DNA of 62,777 bases, the filler included, from Circinaria calcarea (Eukaryota), in NCBI GenBank assembly GCA_051942165.1. It is 37 parts of 37 records of this genome, joined end to end, with 100 filler letters (N's around TTAATTAATTAA, not from the genome) between each part and the next. Parts side by side here need not be neighbours in the genome. Positions count along the whole stretch, not along the records: positions 11,968 to 13,574 come from JAVECS010004456.1; positions 13,675 to 15,280 come from JAVECS010004457.1; positions 15,381 to 16,986 come from JAVECS010004458.1; positions 17,087 to 18,691 come from JAVECS010004459.1; positions 18,792 to 20,396 come from JAVECS010004460.1; positions 20,497 to 22,098 come from JAVECS010004461.1; positions 22,199 to 23,800 come from JAVECS010004462.1; positions 23,901 to 25,501 come from JAVECS010004463.1; 29 more parts are not named here. One strand, given 5' to 3'. The position numbers were made by a program, and so were the translations under genes. The notes under the pieces were generated by a model. The model did not search any database. It was not told the DNA's origin and worked only from the letters and a program-made list of their open reading frames with translations. Positions 11,968 to 23,924 of the stretch are shown here, in pieces. How positions within the stretch are numbered: the first letter of the stretch is position 1; each line of letters starts with the position of its first letter.

Positions 11968-13056
11968 GGTTGGCGTCGAGTTTGTATTTGAAGTAAATGC
12001 TAAGGGAGGACGCTACGCAGGCGCTGGAGAGGATATTAGTTGAAAGAGATGAGGTTTGATAAAATCGGAACGAGGAAGAACGTACCCTATGCCTGTTAAG
12101 AAAATGGCGATCAACCCAACCTTTTTCTTGGGTGTCAGTTGCAGTGTGTTTACTACTGCAATTGGCAGCAAGAGTATATAAATATCCAGAACTAAGCTTA
12201 TCGAAGCAATGGGAATCGGCAGCTGCAGCACCCGGGCCGACCTGGGACTATACACAGCATGCAGCCATGTCTCGCCGGGAGCTGGAGCTGTGAACGCGAG
12301 CGTGGCGACGGTGACGGAGAAGTAGAAAAGCACGTTGATGGTGGCGCCAATGTATGCAGCCCAGCGGATCCATCTAATCGGCCGGAAGAGTTGGATGTAC
12401 AGGAGGAAAAAGGAGAGTTTGGCAAAGGGCCATACAATGGCTGTGAACCAATTGCTCATGAATCCTGTCTACAAAACTTATTAGCCTATGACTGCAAAAG
12501 AATTCCAGGATACCTCACAATTAGGAAGCCCCTACTGGTGAGATCTTGAGGACGGAGCTCCCAGGTGTGTTTGCCGAACGATCCGACTGCAACGGCTATT
12601 TGTTTTGTTAGCAAAAATCTAGCGGACACCCAATGGATTCATTGTACCACAAATGATGATGATAAAATATCCTACTGAACCGATCTAAGTATGGAAAGTC
12701 ATTAGCCTGCCATTCCCCTCCCAATCTCAACTCGCATCCCAAAGGACTCGGATTCGATTCATCGTGTGTGACATACCGCAGCAATGCCACAGGTGTCTGT
12801 ATTCGCCAATCAGTCTGTCAAAATTCCAGAATATCCCCTTGACATAGCAAGACTTACAATCATCTGGACTGGATTTCCTTACGATCTTGGTCTTGACATA
12901 GATCCTAATGGCGAGAAATATAAACATGATTGCTACGAAGACCGCACCCACTCCTAGCAACGGAGGCCCGATATTGGTTGGATTATCAAAGTTTGGTGTT
13001 ACGCCCGGCGGCGGTGGGATGGCGCCAGAAAAGCGCACTTGCAACTTCGCTGCCAT
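11968..13056 (-). CDS. PTH11-like (non-CFEM) rhodopsin-domain integral membrane protein, multi-exon, 3'-partial
   Basis: N-terminal PPPPGVTPNFDNP, a TM segment ending RIYVK, FGKHTWEL, AKLSFFLLYIQLF and LDIYILLLPI..L.LTPKKK.GL..IFLTG are family hallmarks. Confidence 0.85.
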
Positions 13057-13674
13057 ATCTGAGAGAGGCTTCTCAACGTTCCTTGACTTCGGGGTGAAAA
13101 GAGCGAGTGCAGTGTGGTGCAGTGCTGTGGACAAAAGAACGAGACAGAGAATCGGTAGTCCAACTATCAGACAAGACTGCAGATGAGAGAAGATGGGTAA
13201 CAGCAAGTAACGCCAGAGGCATCAGGTCAATACTTTTGGCCAGACGGTTTCCAACCAGATTCGCACACCCCGCCTCCACCTGAACCGGTTGGCAATATCG
13301 ATAAGCTGCTGGCCATTTCCGTTGATGAAACGGGGCTTCGGACGTTACTGGAATTTCCAAGTAAAGGCCAGGGTCTGAACCCCGAAATGCCATGACAAGG
13401 GGAAGTGGTACAGGCGGCTAAACAAAAAAGCTTCGGGGGAGCTAATCTTAGGCGAGGACTGCGCACGATCTCGTTTAGCCTCCCGTTGATCACTAAGACT
13501 GGTCCGCCGGACGTGGCTTTTGTGAAATGCGGCGGAGGAGGAGGGGATACGCGGGTGACCAAAAAAGTGGGACANNNNNNNNNNNNNNNNNNNNNNNNNN
13601 NNNNNNNNNNNNNNNNNNTTAATTAATTAANNNNNNNNNNNNNNNNNNNNNNNNNNNNNNNNNNNNNNNNNNNN

Positions 13675-14374
13675 GTTGAACGACAGGTGTATTCGTGTCG
13701 TGAAGTCCCTTTACATTAGTTGTCATGCTATCTCGAACAAACTGTGCATAAGCTTGACGCTGTAGCTCACCCCCGGCTTGCGTAGCCGGGATGGGTGTTG
13801 TAGGAGTCGCAGCAAGTGAGGTCTTGTTGAGCACTGCGCTTAGGTTATGTAGTTGCAGAGGGTCACGGTTCACCGGTGGTACATAGCAGTGAGATGTAAG
13901 GCGGTCTGGAGTCTCTGGTGCCAGCTGCGGAATTTCGACCTTCGGAACGTTGACCTCGAGGACAGTAGCTTTAATACGAAGCTTGAGCTTGGCTTTCGCG
14001 GCCCGATACAACTGCTTATAGACCGATGGATTATTGCTATCGAGCGTGACATATGTTCCAGCACTATCTGAGTAGCGCTCGAACACTACGGTCTTTGTCG
14101 GCGGGAGTGCAAGAAGGTTTCGAAGCTGGAACAGATCCGTCAGCTACATGAAGACAGATGGAAATAAGGAATTTCGCATCCGCAGGTCAATACCCGTGCT
14201 CAATAGCTGGGTCAAAGAGAAAACGCAAGGCTGACAGATGTGTGAGCGTACCTTGTCTGGAAAAGTGTTTGCTCCCAAGTCCCTTAAAGGGAGCTTGAAC
14301 CGACGGTTCTCCGATCCGATTTGTAGTTTGATGGTAATGGGAGCGTCAGGAGACATCGCAACCGAAGTAGCCAT
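13675..14374 (-). CDS. NBR1-like selective-autophagy receptor (fungal ZZ-type zinc-finger protein), N-terminal PB1-like region; 3'-partial
   Basis: ITIKLQIGSENRRFKLPLRDLGANTFPDK|LRNLLALPP..VVFERYSDSAGTYVTLDSNNPSVYKQLYRAAKAKLKLRIKAT, with intron 14126-14251. The ZZ domains are off-contig. Confidence 0.75.
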
Positions 14375-15480
14375 TCTTGCTGATGTCGCTACGAGGCCGA
14401 GCAGGTGATGAGGTTTGCTGATCTCCTAAGCTTACCGATGAACTGCGAGGTACCTTAGCGACAGCTACAGAGATACAAACGTGACAAAGGAGCTCACGAG
14501 GTGAGTTTGAATGAAGAAATGGTCGCAAGGTTGGAGAGATAGAGACACGAGGGAGAGAGATGTAGGTGGTGAGGATGATGGGTGGGGTGGAACGTCAGTG
14601 TGCTGCCTGACCAGCAAAATGCGCTAGAGCATTTCTGGAATGAGGTACGAAGCCTGCGAATGAATTGCCTCACAGGCATCTCTTACCACAGTAACTTAAC
14701 AACACAGAGCGCTGTTGACATCCAGATCTAGAATGTTTCGAAACCTTCTATCATCATCATCATCAAGGCAACTCTGTATTTATTTGATATTCATTCACAT
14801 GCACAGTTGTACAGACCTAACCAGGTGCAACCATCCCTGATACGGAATGGGCTAAGTATTCGAAACACCAGGAGCACGTACGAGGATGGATTTACAGTGT
14901 TTCGAAGATTGCAACCAGCCAGCCCAGCACCATTCTTTTCAACCGAGACGCAAGGCGCCCCGGAGGTGAAACACTTCAAGGCTTTTGAGGAAACCAACAC
15001 GTTCTATACATTGTGACATGAATAGCGCCTCATGCCAAGATGCACTGCAGCCAACTCCATGCCCTAGGTAGTCTACATGGAAATAAACGGCCCGTGAATA
15101 AAACATCGGAGAAGATTAAGGTAGTAGGATTAGTGACAGGTCTCAGCCCCAACATTAAGTACGCAGTAACAGCCCTGCTGGCCCCTCTCCGTACTCCCCG
15201 CGAAATTGTGGAAATGCCGAAAGCACGCCTGAACCCCCGCCTGATCTTCCCTGTAAAAAGACCGTATTGGTATCAAAGTTNNNNNNNNNNNNNNNNNNNN
15301 NNNNNNNNNNNNNNNNNNNNNNNNTTAATTAATTAANNNNNNNNNNNNNNNNNNNNNNNNNNNNNNNNNNNNNNNNNNNNCCCCAGTGGGACTTGCGGAA
15401 CTCTGCGGGAACTCGAGTGAGCAGCAGCGAAAACTGAGGAATTTTGTGCGGATTTAGGACATGGTAGCGAACTTGTAAAT

Positions 15481-15520
15481 TTTTCCTTTTCCTTTTTTCC
15501 CTTTTCCTTTTCCTTTTCCC
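15481..15520. repeat. (TTTTCC)n simple repeat; an (ATATAA)n tract follows at about 15635-15667
   Basis: Directly visible. Confidence 0.85.
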
Positions 15521-16360
15521 CTTCTTTCTCGTTTTTGATTTCACCTCAACCGAGTCCCCATACTGCTATCCCATCTCGAACACCAAGAAACCCCCCTCAA
15601 CTCGACTCGACCCGACTCGACGGGGGGAGTCTGTATATAAATATAAATATAAATATAAATATATAACAAGGGGAGGAGGTTTAAAAGAGATGAAGGGGAA
15701 TGGGAGATGGAAGTATTCTGTGCGAGGTAACGAACGGGAAAGGGAAAGGGTGGGGAAATGAATTCAACCGTGTTCCGGGTTTTGGAAGGGGAGGGTTTGA
15801 ATACGAAGAAGGTCCATTCCATTCTTAGTCCTAATTCAGGAGATGGAGACCGCGGGGCCGGGAGAACAGAGGCGAGGGGCCCTCGGATTAAAAAAGTAAA
15901 ATAGGAAGGGGGTGGGTTTGAATACCGGGAGAAGAGACGGCTGGGGGGTTTACGATGGAGCACAACAGCTACCCCACTTCTAGAATTGTAAATGTTACCT
16001 TTGTTTAGTGTGTAGTTCCAGGTCGACTCTTCAAGACATTTGGGGGAAAGAAAATCACATTGGCATGTTTAAAGATTCTGCATTTCGCCCTTCTGCTTGA
16101 AAAACTTCTTGCCATGGGTTACACGTTTCTCCGGCATTAATATTTTCACGTTGAGTCGGGAATTGGGATTCAAAGGAACCAGGGTTATTCGAATTAGAAA
16201 ATCTAGCTCGTGCTATCAGAAGTTTCTGGAATCCGAAATATCCATATAGCTTGGTTGCAATTTCAAGCCGATGCGAGCTATTACTTAGAGGCGTAAATTA
16301 CCCTTCCAGTGATTTCAAGCTCTTTACCACAAAACTTTTCAGATGCAAACCCACTTTTAT

Positions 16361-16986
16361 TCACATATCAAAATCATCCACATCAATAATCTCAACCTCC
16401 TCTACCAATTCCATCTGGATATGAAACGTTCCCTGGAAATTGGTCTCCAAAAGAGTGTTCCGGATCGTATTTTTCAACTGCTCCAGGTCATCTTCCTCGC
16501 CTTTTCTCAATTCTCTGGCTATTTTCAAGTCCGGTACATCGGCAAACGCGCACTTCACTGTCAATATCCGATCAACCCGCTTGTTGTAGGAGTACGCAAT
16601 GTGTTGAAATAAGCTTTGAATTGTGTATTTCGTCAATTTTCCATACAACCATTCATTCCAACCTCCCCAGCGGTTTTGAACACATAGCTCCACTTTAGCC
16701 TTTGGCCTTGAAGCTGACTGTTGCGCGGTGCTGATAACCTTCTGGATGGGTGTCCCTTCTAACCCAACTGGAGGCTCATGATGAGACTTCCGTTCTCCTT
16801 CAAAAGCCGGCGAGGATGCGTCTAGCCTGCGGCGCTTGTAGTCAGGCATGTCATCTGCGTTAGAAGTGGTATAATTCTTGCCGTGATCGGTGATCGCTAC
16901 TAAGTTGGAGTCAGATGATACGCCTCGCTTATGAGATGCAGCTGTGGTGCTCTCGGCCCTAGCTTCGCCACTTGGGGGTCCAATAA
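16361..16986 (-). CDS. Hypothetical protein, C-terminal part
   Basis: Open frame of at least 162 aa with protein-like composition and a basic NLS-like YKRRRL. No family recognised. Confidence 0.5.
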
Positions 16987-17086
16987 NNNNNNNNNNNNNN
17001 NNNNNNNNNNNNNNNNNNNNNNNNNNNNNNTTAATTAATTAANNNNNNNNNNNNNNNNNNNNNNNNNNNNNNNNNNNNNNNNNNNN

Positions 17087-17899
17087 ATTCGCGCACATAG
17101 CATACAAGCTCTTAGCTTCTCTCAGTGTGGCGGACACCTCGTGGTAACCTTTCCTGACAATACCTTCCCGTCTATCCAGGATCTTCAGCACAATCCATTA
17201 CTTCAGTCAGCTGAAGCATGGTACAAAGACCTAGCGACATCCGAAAAGGGAAAGGAAACCAGAAACCAGCTTGGCTTTTCGAAGTCTCAATCAATAACGT
17301 CTTCTTGTTTGGGGACGATCATGAAGACAGACGTAGTTGATGTATCAACCACTACGGCCGCAGTGGAGACGAGCTCAGTCTCCATCAACATGTTTCCACC
17401 GACCGCAAATCTCACGAAGTACAAAGTAACGTCTAGGAACCAAGAGGTGCTCTCGTTGGCAGGACTACCTAACTGGCCACAGATAAAGGATGCTAGTCTG
17501 ACTGTGCAAATGCCGATGAGTAGAGATGAGAAGGTCAAACTCATTTTGAACAAGGCGGCCAAAAGATGGTACGACGTATTAGATCCCGCAGATGAACATC
17601 TACCTGCTATCGTCCATCGAGATCAGAGGTCTTTACGCCCGATATACAACACAAACTCATTGATCCAGCAAGCAAGTAAGAGCGTGGATGACATGACACG
17701 GGATGCAATGGATCAAAGATTTTACCTTCCATCCAGACGTCTCATCCCCATCCGCGATATCCAATACAGTACTTCACACAATGGAGACTTGACAGGCGAC
17801 TTCACTCATAACGACTTCCTTGCTGTTAGAAAAAACCCTGAAAAATTCAATGATATCCGACAAATTGTCTTGAAAAGAAAATTCAGCCAGAGTTTCTGA
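17087..17899 (+). CDS. Hypothetical protein C-terminus, possibly the degenerate WD40-like tail of a NACHT protein
   Basis: The frame is open from the contig start (IRAHSIQALSFSQCGGHLVVTFPD, WD40-like) for about 270 codons. VKLILNKAAKRWY..LPAIVHRD recalls tails of fungal NACHT proteins. Confidence 0.5.
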   Translation: MRAHSIQALSFSQCGGHLVVTFPDNTFPSIQDLQHNPLLQSAEAWYKDLATSEKGKETRNQLGFSKSQSITSSCLGTIMKTDVVDVSTTTAAVETSSVSINMFPPTANLTKYKVTSRNQEVLSLAGLPNWPQIKDASLTVQMPMSRDEKVKLILNKAAKRWYDVLDPADEHLPAIVHRDQRSLRPIYNTNSLIQQASKSVDDMTRDAMDQRFYLPSRRLIPIRDIQYSTSHNGDLTGDFTHNDFLAVRKNPEKFNDIRQIVLKRKFSQSF

Positions 17900-19938
17900 C
17901 GGGAAACCTGACGGGTTCATCTCCCGAACTGAATGGAACCACCGATGAATAGCTATGGAAGGTCCGCCTTGTTTTGGAAACGCCCTTCCCGTGAAAAGAT
18001 CGAAATCCCTGCCAACCCAGTCAAGAGTAGGAATCGGTAGCGAGGCCCGGTTATATGTTTGTAAGTATCACCGGGAAGAAAATGTTGATCATGCAAGAAT
18101 GTATGGTGGTATTGATGCTACGTATGTTGCTTTTTGACCACTTATGCTACGGAAAATGCTTTTATGGAGTGGGTAGAGAGTGTTGAGCATGGACCGTGTA
18201 TTAGCCGAAGCTAACACATGACTCGGTAAGCCCTATGACTTCCAACAGAAAACGTTGGGAAAGGGCATTGACCGGTGACTCGGATGGAATACACAAGGGT
18301 GGGGGGGGCAAAATCGTTTGGCAAACCAGCTATATATACTAGATAGGGGATGCAGTAGGACGAATCGTTCCCGAGGAGGGTCACAGAACCGAGGGAATTG
18401 TCGTGATTGCTATTCAAGGCATTCATGTGACTCCCTTCTACACAAAATTACCATCCTACGTATATCTGTCGAATGTGTATGAAACGGCTATGGATTTGCG
18501 ATGTGGGAGACTCGCCACTTGTACATGAATGACACTAACGCTAGGCCTACGTAATAGGTCTCATAGGGCGACCTCCTACAATATCATCTTAATAGCCTTT
18601 TTCGGCATTCGTTGAACCCCAGAATCCTACCAATCCATTTCTTACCGAACTAGAAACTTATTCCCCTCCTTCCCCTCCTTCCCCCCTCCCCNNNNNNNNN
18701 NNNNNNNNNNNNNNNNNNNNNNNNNNNNNNNNNNNTTAATTAATTAANNNNNNNNNNNNNNNNNNNNNNNNNNNNNNNNNNNNNNNNNNNNGATAATCTT
18801 CTCTCCTCTCATACCAAGAACCGATTCGTGTTGATCCGCCTCCTTTGGCGGCCTCTGGATGGGCGAACCTGTCTCGGGGGCCGGGAAGCTCGTGGGCGTT
18901 TGTGCCAGAATCAACGTCGTGGACCGGAGGGAGCATTTTTCATCTGAGGGTTGAATCAGCCGTCGTCGAGGGGGTCGGTTGCTTGCGGTAGGACTGCTTT
19001 TCGCAGGGGAAAACCTCCGAACGGTATGGATCGCCATTTTGCTCCCTTGGTGTCCGCCAGTCCCGGCCGGTCTAATTCTCATACGGGAATATAGGCTGGA
19101 GGGAGGTCAGCGGACTGGATCACTACTCTTTTGTTTTATTGTATATTTAATTATTGAAAAAAAAATAGTAATAATAATAATCAAGGGAAAATTATATAGT
19201 CCCCTTGGGTGAAAAACAAGTCTGGTTGATTTTGCAACAAGGCTATTTCAATCCCCCTTCGGAATCCCACTGCTAAAATCTTGCCTCGGGGGCTATTGTA
19301 TTGAAGGAAAGGAAAAAGAAATAGCTTTTTCCGTTAGCTAGCTCCGAAGTGGGGGAGTTTTAAGCTAAAAAAAAGTGTGGAAGCTCTCATATATATAATA
19401 TATTATACTGCAATATCACACGGAAGCGAATGAAAGAACCTTTTCAGCAACGGGTCTGCAGAAAGATCCCTGTCGTAGTCTTTACCAATGGTTTTTTTAT
19501 GAGACGGAAACTGGGTTCACCTGCACCGAGTAGGCATGAGGGAGGGGTAATCATAACATGTTGGAAGGAGCAACTCTGGACCGGGACGGCAAAGCAACTA
19601 GGGAACGTTAGTCATTCACAGCACTTTCACATGTGACCACACATCGTTGTGCATCTGGGCATTGTACAGATTGCCTCGCTTCTCCCCGCTATGGGAAAGC
19701 GTATAGGGAGTGTTGCTGACGCAGGGGCTTTCTATGACTTTTTGTATCTGGAACTATGCCGCACTCTAAGGAATGTATCTAATGTGTTTCGATATTATCA
19801 CCTCCATGTCTGGAAATAATTTTTCTTGGATTCCAAGGGGTGTCCGTGATCCAAGCAAAGTTGACTTCAGCCAAGAATCTCCCTCTATCGTCAATCCAAT
19901 CATCTATTCGGTTCATGGTAAAATCATGCCCTATTGCC

Positions 19939-20396
19939 TTAACTGCTGAATATCTTATCAAAGTACTTGACAAACTTGTTCCTGTGGCAATCAGCGTTGA
20001 CGGCAATGAGACATACTCGACCGTGAAGACTTACTTGGGAGGGGTCTCTACAAAATTCCTCGTATACTCATCAATCTCCTCCACGTCTTTCAATAAATCA
20101 ACCTCGCCCGGCTTCAACCACTTAGTTTTCTTCAGCACCTTCCATAACACAAAAAGTACAGGAAACACCCCGATCATGGCATACGAAAAGAAGAACGTCG
20201 GTACGTCCCACATTCCGGGGAGAAAGACAGTATAGCCTCCGACGAAAGTCATGATGAAGCAACCGGTCAAAGCATACCATGCCGCGTATGGTTGGCCCCA
20301 ACCTTTGTATGGCAGCGTGTCCCGAGAAAGACCCTGGGCTTCGCAAGCTTTCATGAAGCGAATGAAGGTATAGGACATGACTGAGAAGTTGATGAG
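19939..20396 (-). CDS. Amino-acid permease (APC/YAT family, AGP2-like), C-terminal part
   Basis: TFIRFMKACEAQGLSRDTLPYKGWGQPYAAWYAL..GYTVFLPGMWDVPTFFFSYAMI. Intron 19982-20034. Last exon KNKFVKYFDKIFSS*. Confidence 0.9.
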
Positions 20397-20496
20397 NNNN
20401 NNNNNNNNNNNNNNNNNNNNNNNNNNNNNNNNNNNNNNNNTTAATTAATTAANNNNNNNNNNNNNNNNNNNNNNNNNNNNNNNNNNNNNNNNNNNN

Positions 20497-21190
20497 ACGC
20501 CTTCGCCACCCACCTCTCCGTCCCCGTCTACATGCCCGACCTCTTCGCCTCCGACGCCGTGCCCGTGCTCCCCTCCGTCCGACCCCCCACCTTCGACCTG
20601 ATGGACTGGCTCGAGGACCACGGGCCCGCGGTGACGGACCCCGTCGTCGAGGCCCTGGTGGCCTATTTGCGGCAGGACCGAGGCGTCCGCCGGCTCGGGG
20701 CCGTGGGCTATTGTTTCGGGGCCAAGTACGTCGTCAGGTGGTTGGGGGTCGCCCCGGGAGAAAGAGGAGGGGCAAACGGGGGAGTGGACGTGGGCTTTGT
20801 GGCGCATCCGAGTTTTGTGCTCGAGGAGGAACTGAGGGGTCTGAGGGGCCCGTTGGCGGTCGCGGCTGCAGGTACGTGATTGGCCGTTTGCAAGCCGAAA
20901 GCCGGTTTTGCGAAAAAAGCGCCCCGGATATACTGACACAATTGGGGACAACCTCCCCTCCCCCCCAACAACCAGAAACCGACACCATCTTCCCCGTTTC
21001 CAAACGGCATGCCTCCGAGGCCATCCTGGCCGAAGTCGGGCACCCTTACCAGATTACGCTCTACAGCGGCGTCGAGCACGGGTTCGCGGTCCGCGGGGAT
21101 CTGAGCAAGCGGACGGTTAGGTTTGCAAAGGAGCAGGCGTTCTGGCAGGCGGTGCGGTGGTTTGAGGAGTTTTTGGTTGAGGGGGAGTGA
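20497..21190 (+). CDS. Dienelactone hydrolase family protein (AIM2-like), 5'-partial
   Basis: MPDLF, nucleophile motif GAVGYCFGAKY, AHPSFV, ETDTIFP and YSGVEHGFAVRGD. Intron 20872-20975. Confidence 0.92.
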
Positions 21191-21548
21191 AGGGGTGCGA
21201 AAAGGTGCGAAGAAGTGCGAAAGGGTGCGAAGGGGTGCAAAAGGGGGGCGGGCGGTGGTGCAAGACAGTGACTCGGGGATGAAAGCGTTTGCATAGCAGA
21301 GGATGAATGGGAACATGAAAGAATTGAATAGCAAGTAGCCTTTGGAATAGCTACATGGATCACAAAGATGCACCAGACCTCTTGGTAAACTCGAACCGCG
21401 TTTTACTTGTTCACTACCAGATTGATCTAAGCAACTTAGTACGGTATGAACTGTGCCATGCCACTGCATTTCCCTCTGCAAAGACAACTGCAAATATTCC
21501 CTCTTGTCCGGTCTGTGAATCTCACCATCGTCATAGACACACCATGAC

Positions 21549-22075
21549 CTAGACTTTGAAACCACGCGACCGTCTTCTGCCACGGGCTTTCTCGAATTTC
21601 CTGCCTTTGCTCTCGACATATGGTTTCTAAAAATTAAAAAACAAATCTTAGTCAACTGTCAACCCTTCCGTACCTAACTCAAAAAAGCATACCTTGTGCG
21701 AATGAGGTCCAAACCCAAAATGCTTAACCGCCTCTCTCGCATTCTTTGGCCCCCTCAGCAAAAGGGTGTTCGCCCCTGTCGGGTGCCTCAAAGCCAGCTG
21801 ATCCATCGTCAAGCACTCCCCCCCAGCCTTCTCAATCCTCGCCCTGGCTGTGGCGGTAAATCTCAGCGCCGCGATTGACAGCTTAGGAACGGTAAGGAGG
21901 CGGTTATCATCTGTGATGGTGCCGACGACGACGATGGTTTTGCCGGCGTGTTCCTTACCGGCGTGGGGATTCGCGCCGAGGGTGACGATACGGGAGATGG
22001 ACATGGGAGGGCGGTTTATGCGCGACATGAAGAGGCGGCGGAGGACGACCTTGTTGAAGGCGGAGTCGGTACGGC
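21549..22075 (-). CDS. RPL18: 60S ribosomal protein L18 (eL18), 5'-partial; convergent with the hydrolase
   Basis: [23 protein letters not shown]...GTITDDNRL...[14 protein letters not shown], intron 21627-21692, then [25 protein letters not shown]. Confidence 0.97.
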
Positions 22076-22198
22076 CTGTATTGGGGATATAACTCAGANN
22101 NNNNNNNNNNNNNNNNNNNNNNNNNNNNNNNNNNNNNNNNNNTTAATTAATTAANNNNNNNNNNNNNNNNNNNNNNNNNNNNNNNNNNNNNNNNNNNN

Positions 22199-22805
22199 CT
22201 TGTTCTTCACCGCAAGTTTCACCACCATCACCGCCCTTCCAGTGGACGACTCGTTCCTTCCGGGCAGCCTCCTGGACAGAGAAACCAGCCCAGCCAACCG
22301 CCTAAGACCCAACCGCTGCCCCAATTTCGCAAACTTGAAACTAACTACAGAGCGCGAACGAAAAGTGGAAGCCCTCTTCAACTACGGCTTTAATTGCAAC
22401 TGGAAACAAGCGCTTATCTGTGCCAGCTTGGTCGTGGGCTGTCCCGTCGCTTGCGCAGGCTTCATCACTGCCGGGTAAGTTCCCCCCAACCGTCGCAAAA
22501 CCATTTTGCATTTCTCCCTGAACCATCCCCGATGTCCCAATTTTCTGTTTCAATACGCAGCCGGAACGCTGACCTTTTTCCTTTTACTTTTCCATGGCAA
22601 TAGAGTGAACCCCTACTCAATTGCCGAATGTGTGGCCTGTGCCGGCCTCATATCCGGCAACTGCGCGTTTTGCTTTGAAACCGCAATGGCTGGGGAGCGG
22701 AGGGAGTTTTGTCGTTCGGTGCAGCAGTTCCCGCCCGCCACATGTCTGATGCCGCTTTGTCCGACGCCGCAGCTTAGGGGGGAAGCGTCTAGAGTGACGT
22801 CTTGA
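22199..22805 (+). CDS. Small secreted cysteine-rich protein (12 Cys), 2 visible exons, start codon off-contig
   Basis: Signal-peptide end LFFTASFTTITALP. Intron 22475-22603 (GTAAGT..GCTGAC..TAG) joins ..CPVACAGFITAG to VNPYSIAECVACAG..NCAFCFE in frame. Confidence 0.7.
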
Positions 22806-23343
22806 GAAAGGGGACGGAGAAAGAGGGAAAAGGGGGACGGACGGGGTGAGAGTTTTATGAGAGGAAGCATTTAATTCAGGAGGCGGGAGTTCTTTTCTTT
22901 TTCCCCGAATGATCATGATCAGTAGGGTAGGGTAGGATAGCACCCTTTTGCGTGGTTGGGATTCGCCAAATTTAGTTTTTTTTTTTGGTGTCCACTCCAC
23001 TGTTCGTTTTGGTTGTGTTCCATGTTTAGCTTTTAACCCTTCGCCCTCGTTCTACCTACCCCTTTCTCTTTTGGGAAAAAACGCCAATTTTCCCCATTCC
23101 CTGATGGGAGATGGTTTGGGATTTTTTCTTTTCTTTTCTTTTCGCCTTGCCTTGCCTACCTCGACGTCTCTTTTTTCCGTCCAAAGTAGATTCATTCCCC
23201 CTTTTTGTTTGTCTATTCAACACGAGCTCCCAAACCCCCCCCCTTAAACATAACCTTTTCCGTTCCTCGGGGGAAAATCTCATAACATCGACTTTCCCTT
23301 CCCCATACCTTCCAATTCCAACCCTGAATCCCCCAAGACCAAC

Positions 23344-23608
23344 TCCCACTCTCCACTCTCCACTCTCCACTCTCCACTCTCCACTCTCCACTCTCCGCCC
23401 TAACTTAACCGCTAGGAAAACCTCCCCTTCCTCCCTCCCTTGTTTCAATGACTTTCCCCAGCTTCAAATAACCACCCGAACGAATCCCAGGCTCCGTCCG
23501 CTATTGGCTCTTTCTCCGCGTTTTGTGGTTTTATGGTTTGTTTTACTCCGGCTTGCAGCGCTCTCTCTCTCTCTCCCTCTCTCTGTGTGTGTGTGTGTGT
23601 GTGTGTGT
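23344..23608. repeat. Simple repeats: (CTCTCCA)n at about 23344-23396 and compound (CT)n(GT)n at 23561-23608
   Basis: Directly visible. Confidence 0.9.
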
Positions 23609-23924
23609 ATGTGGAGACTTTCTCCCCCCCCCCCCCTATCTTCTCTCTGTATGCGTGTACCACCGTTCTACCACGATCCTACGTTCTAACCAGGGGTCCT
23701 GGACCTCCTACTCCTACTCCTACTCCTACAGTCCTCCTTACTGCCTTTGGTGGGGACCCCTGTGCTGTATGTGGGTTTTCTTTTGCGGTGGGGAAGGGGG
23801 NNNNNNNNNNNNNNNNNNNNNNNNNNNNNNNNNNNNNNNNNNNNTTAATTAATTAANNNNNNNNNNNNNNNNNNNNNNNNNNNNNNNNNNNNNNNNNNNN
23901 AACCCCGGCAACAGGGTTTAAACG

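Noticed and set aside
10260..14374. Apparent autophagy cluster (ATG29 near the NBR1-like gene)
   Set aside because: The genes are on different contigs that were ordered only by length.
18792..19082. Possible first exon on the minus strand ending at a GTATGA donor
   Set aside because: No recognisable motif; it cannot be distinguished from UTR.
20708..21655. 315-aa minus-strand ORF
   Set aside because: Antisense shadow of the GC-rich hydrolase gene that runs into the last RPL18 exon in another frame.
23056..23856. ORFs with VESGEWR, CVCV and SYSY repeats
   Set aside because: Translations of microsatellites.
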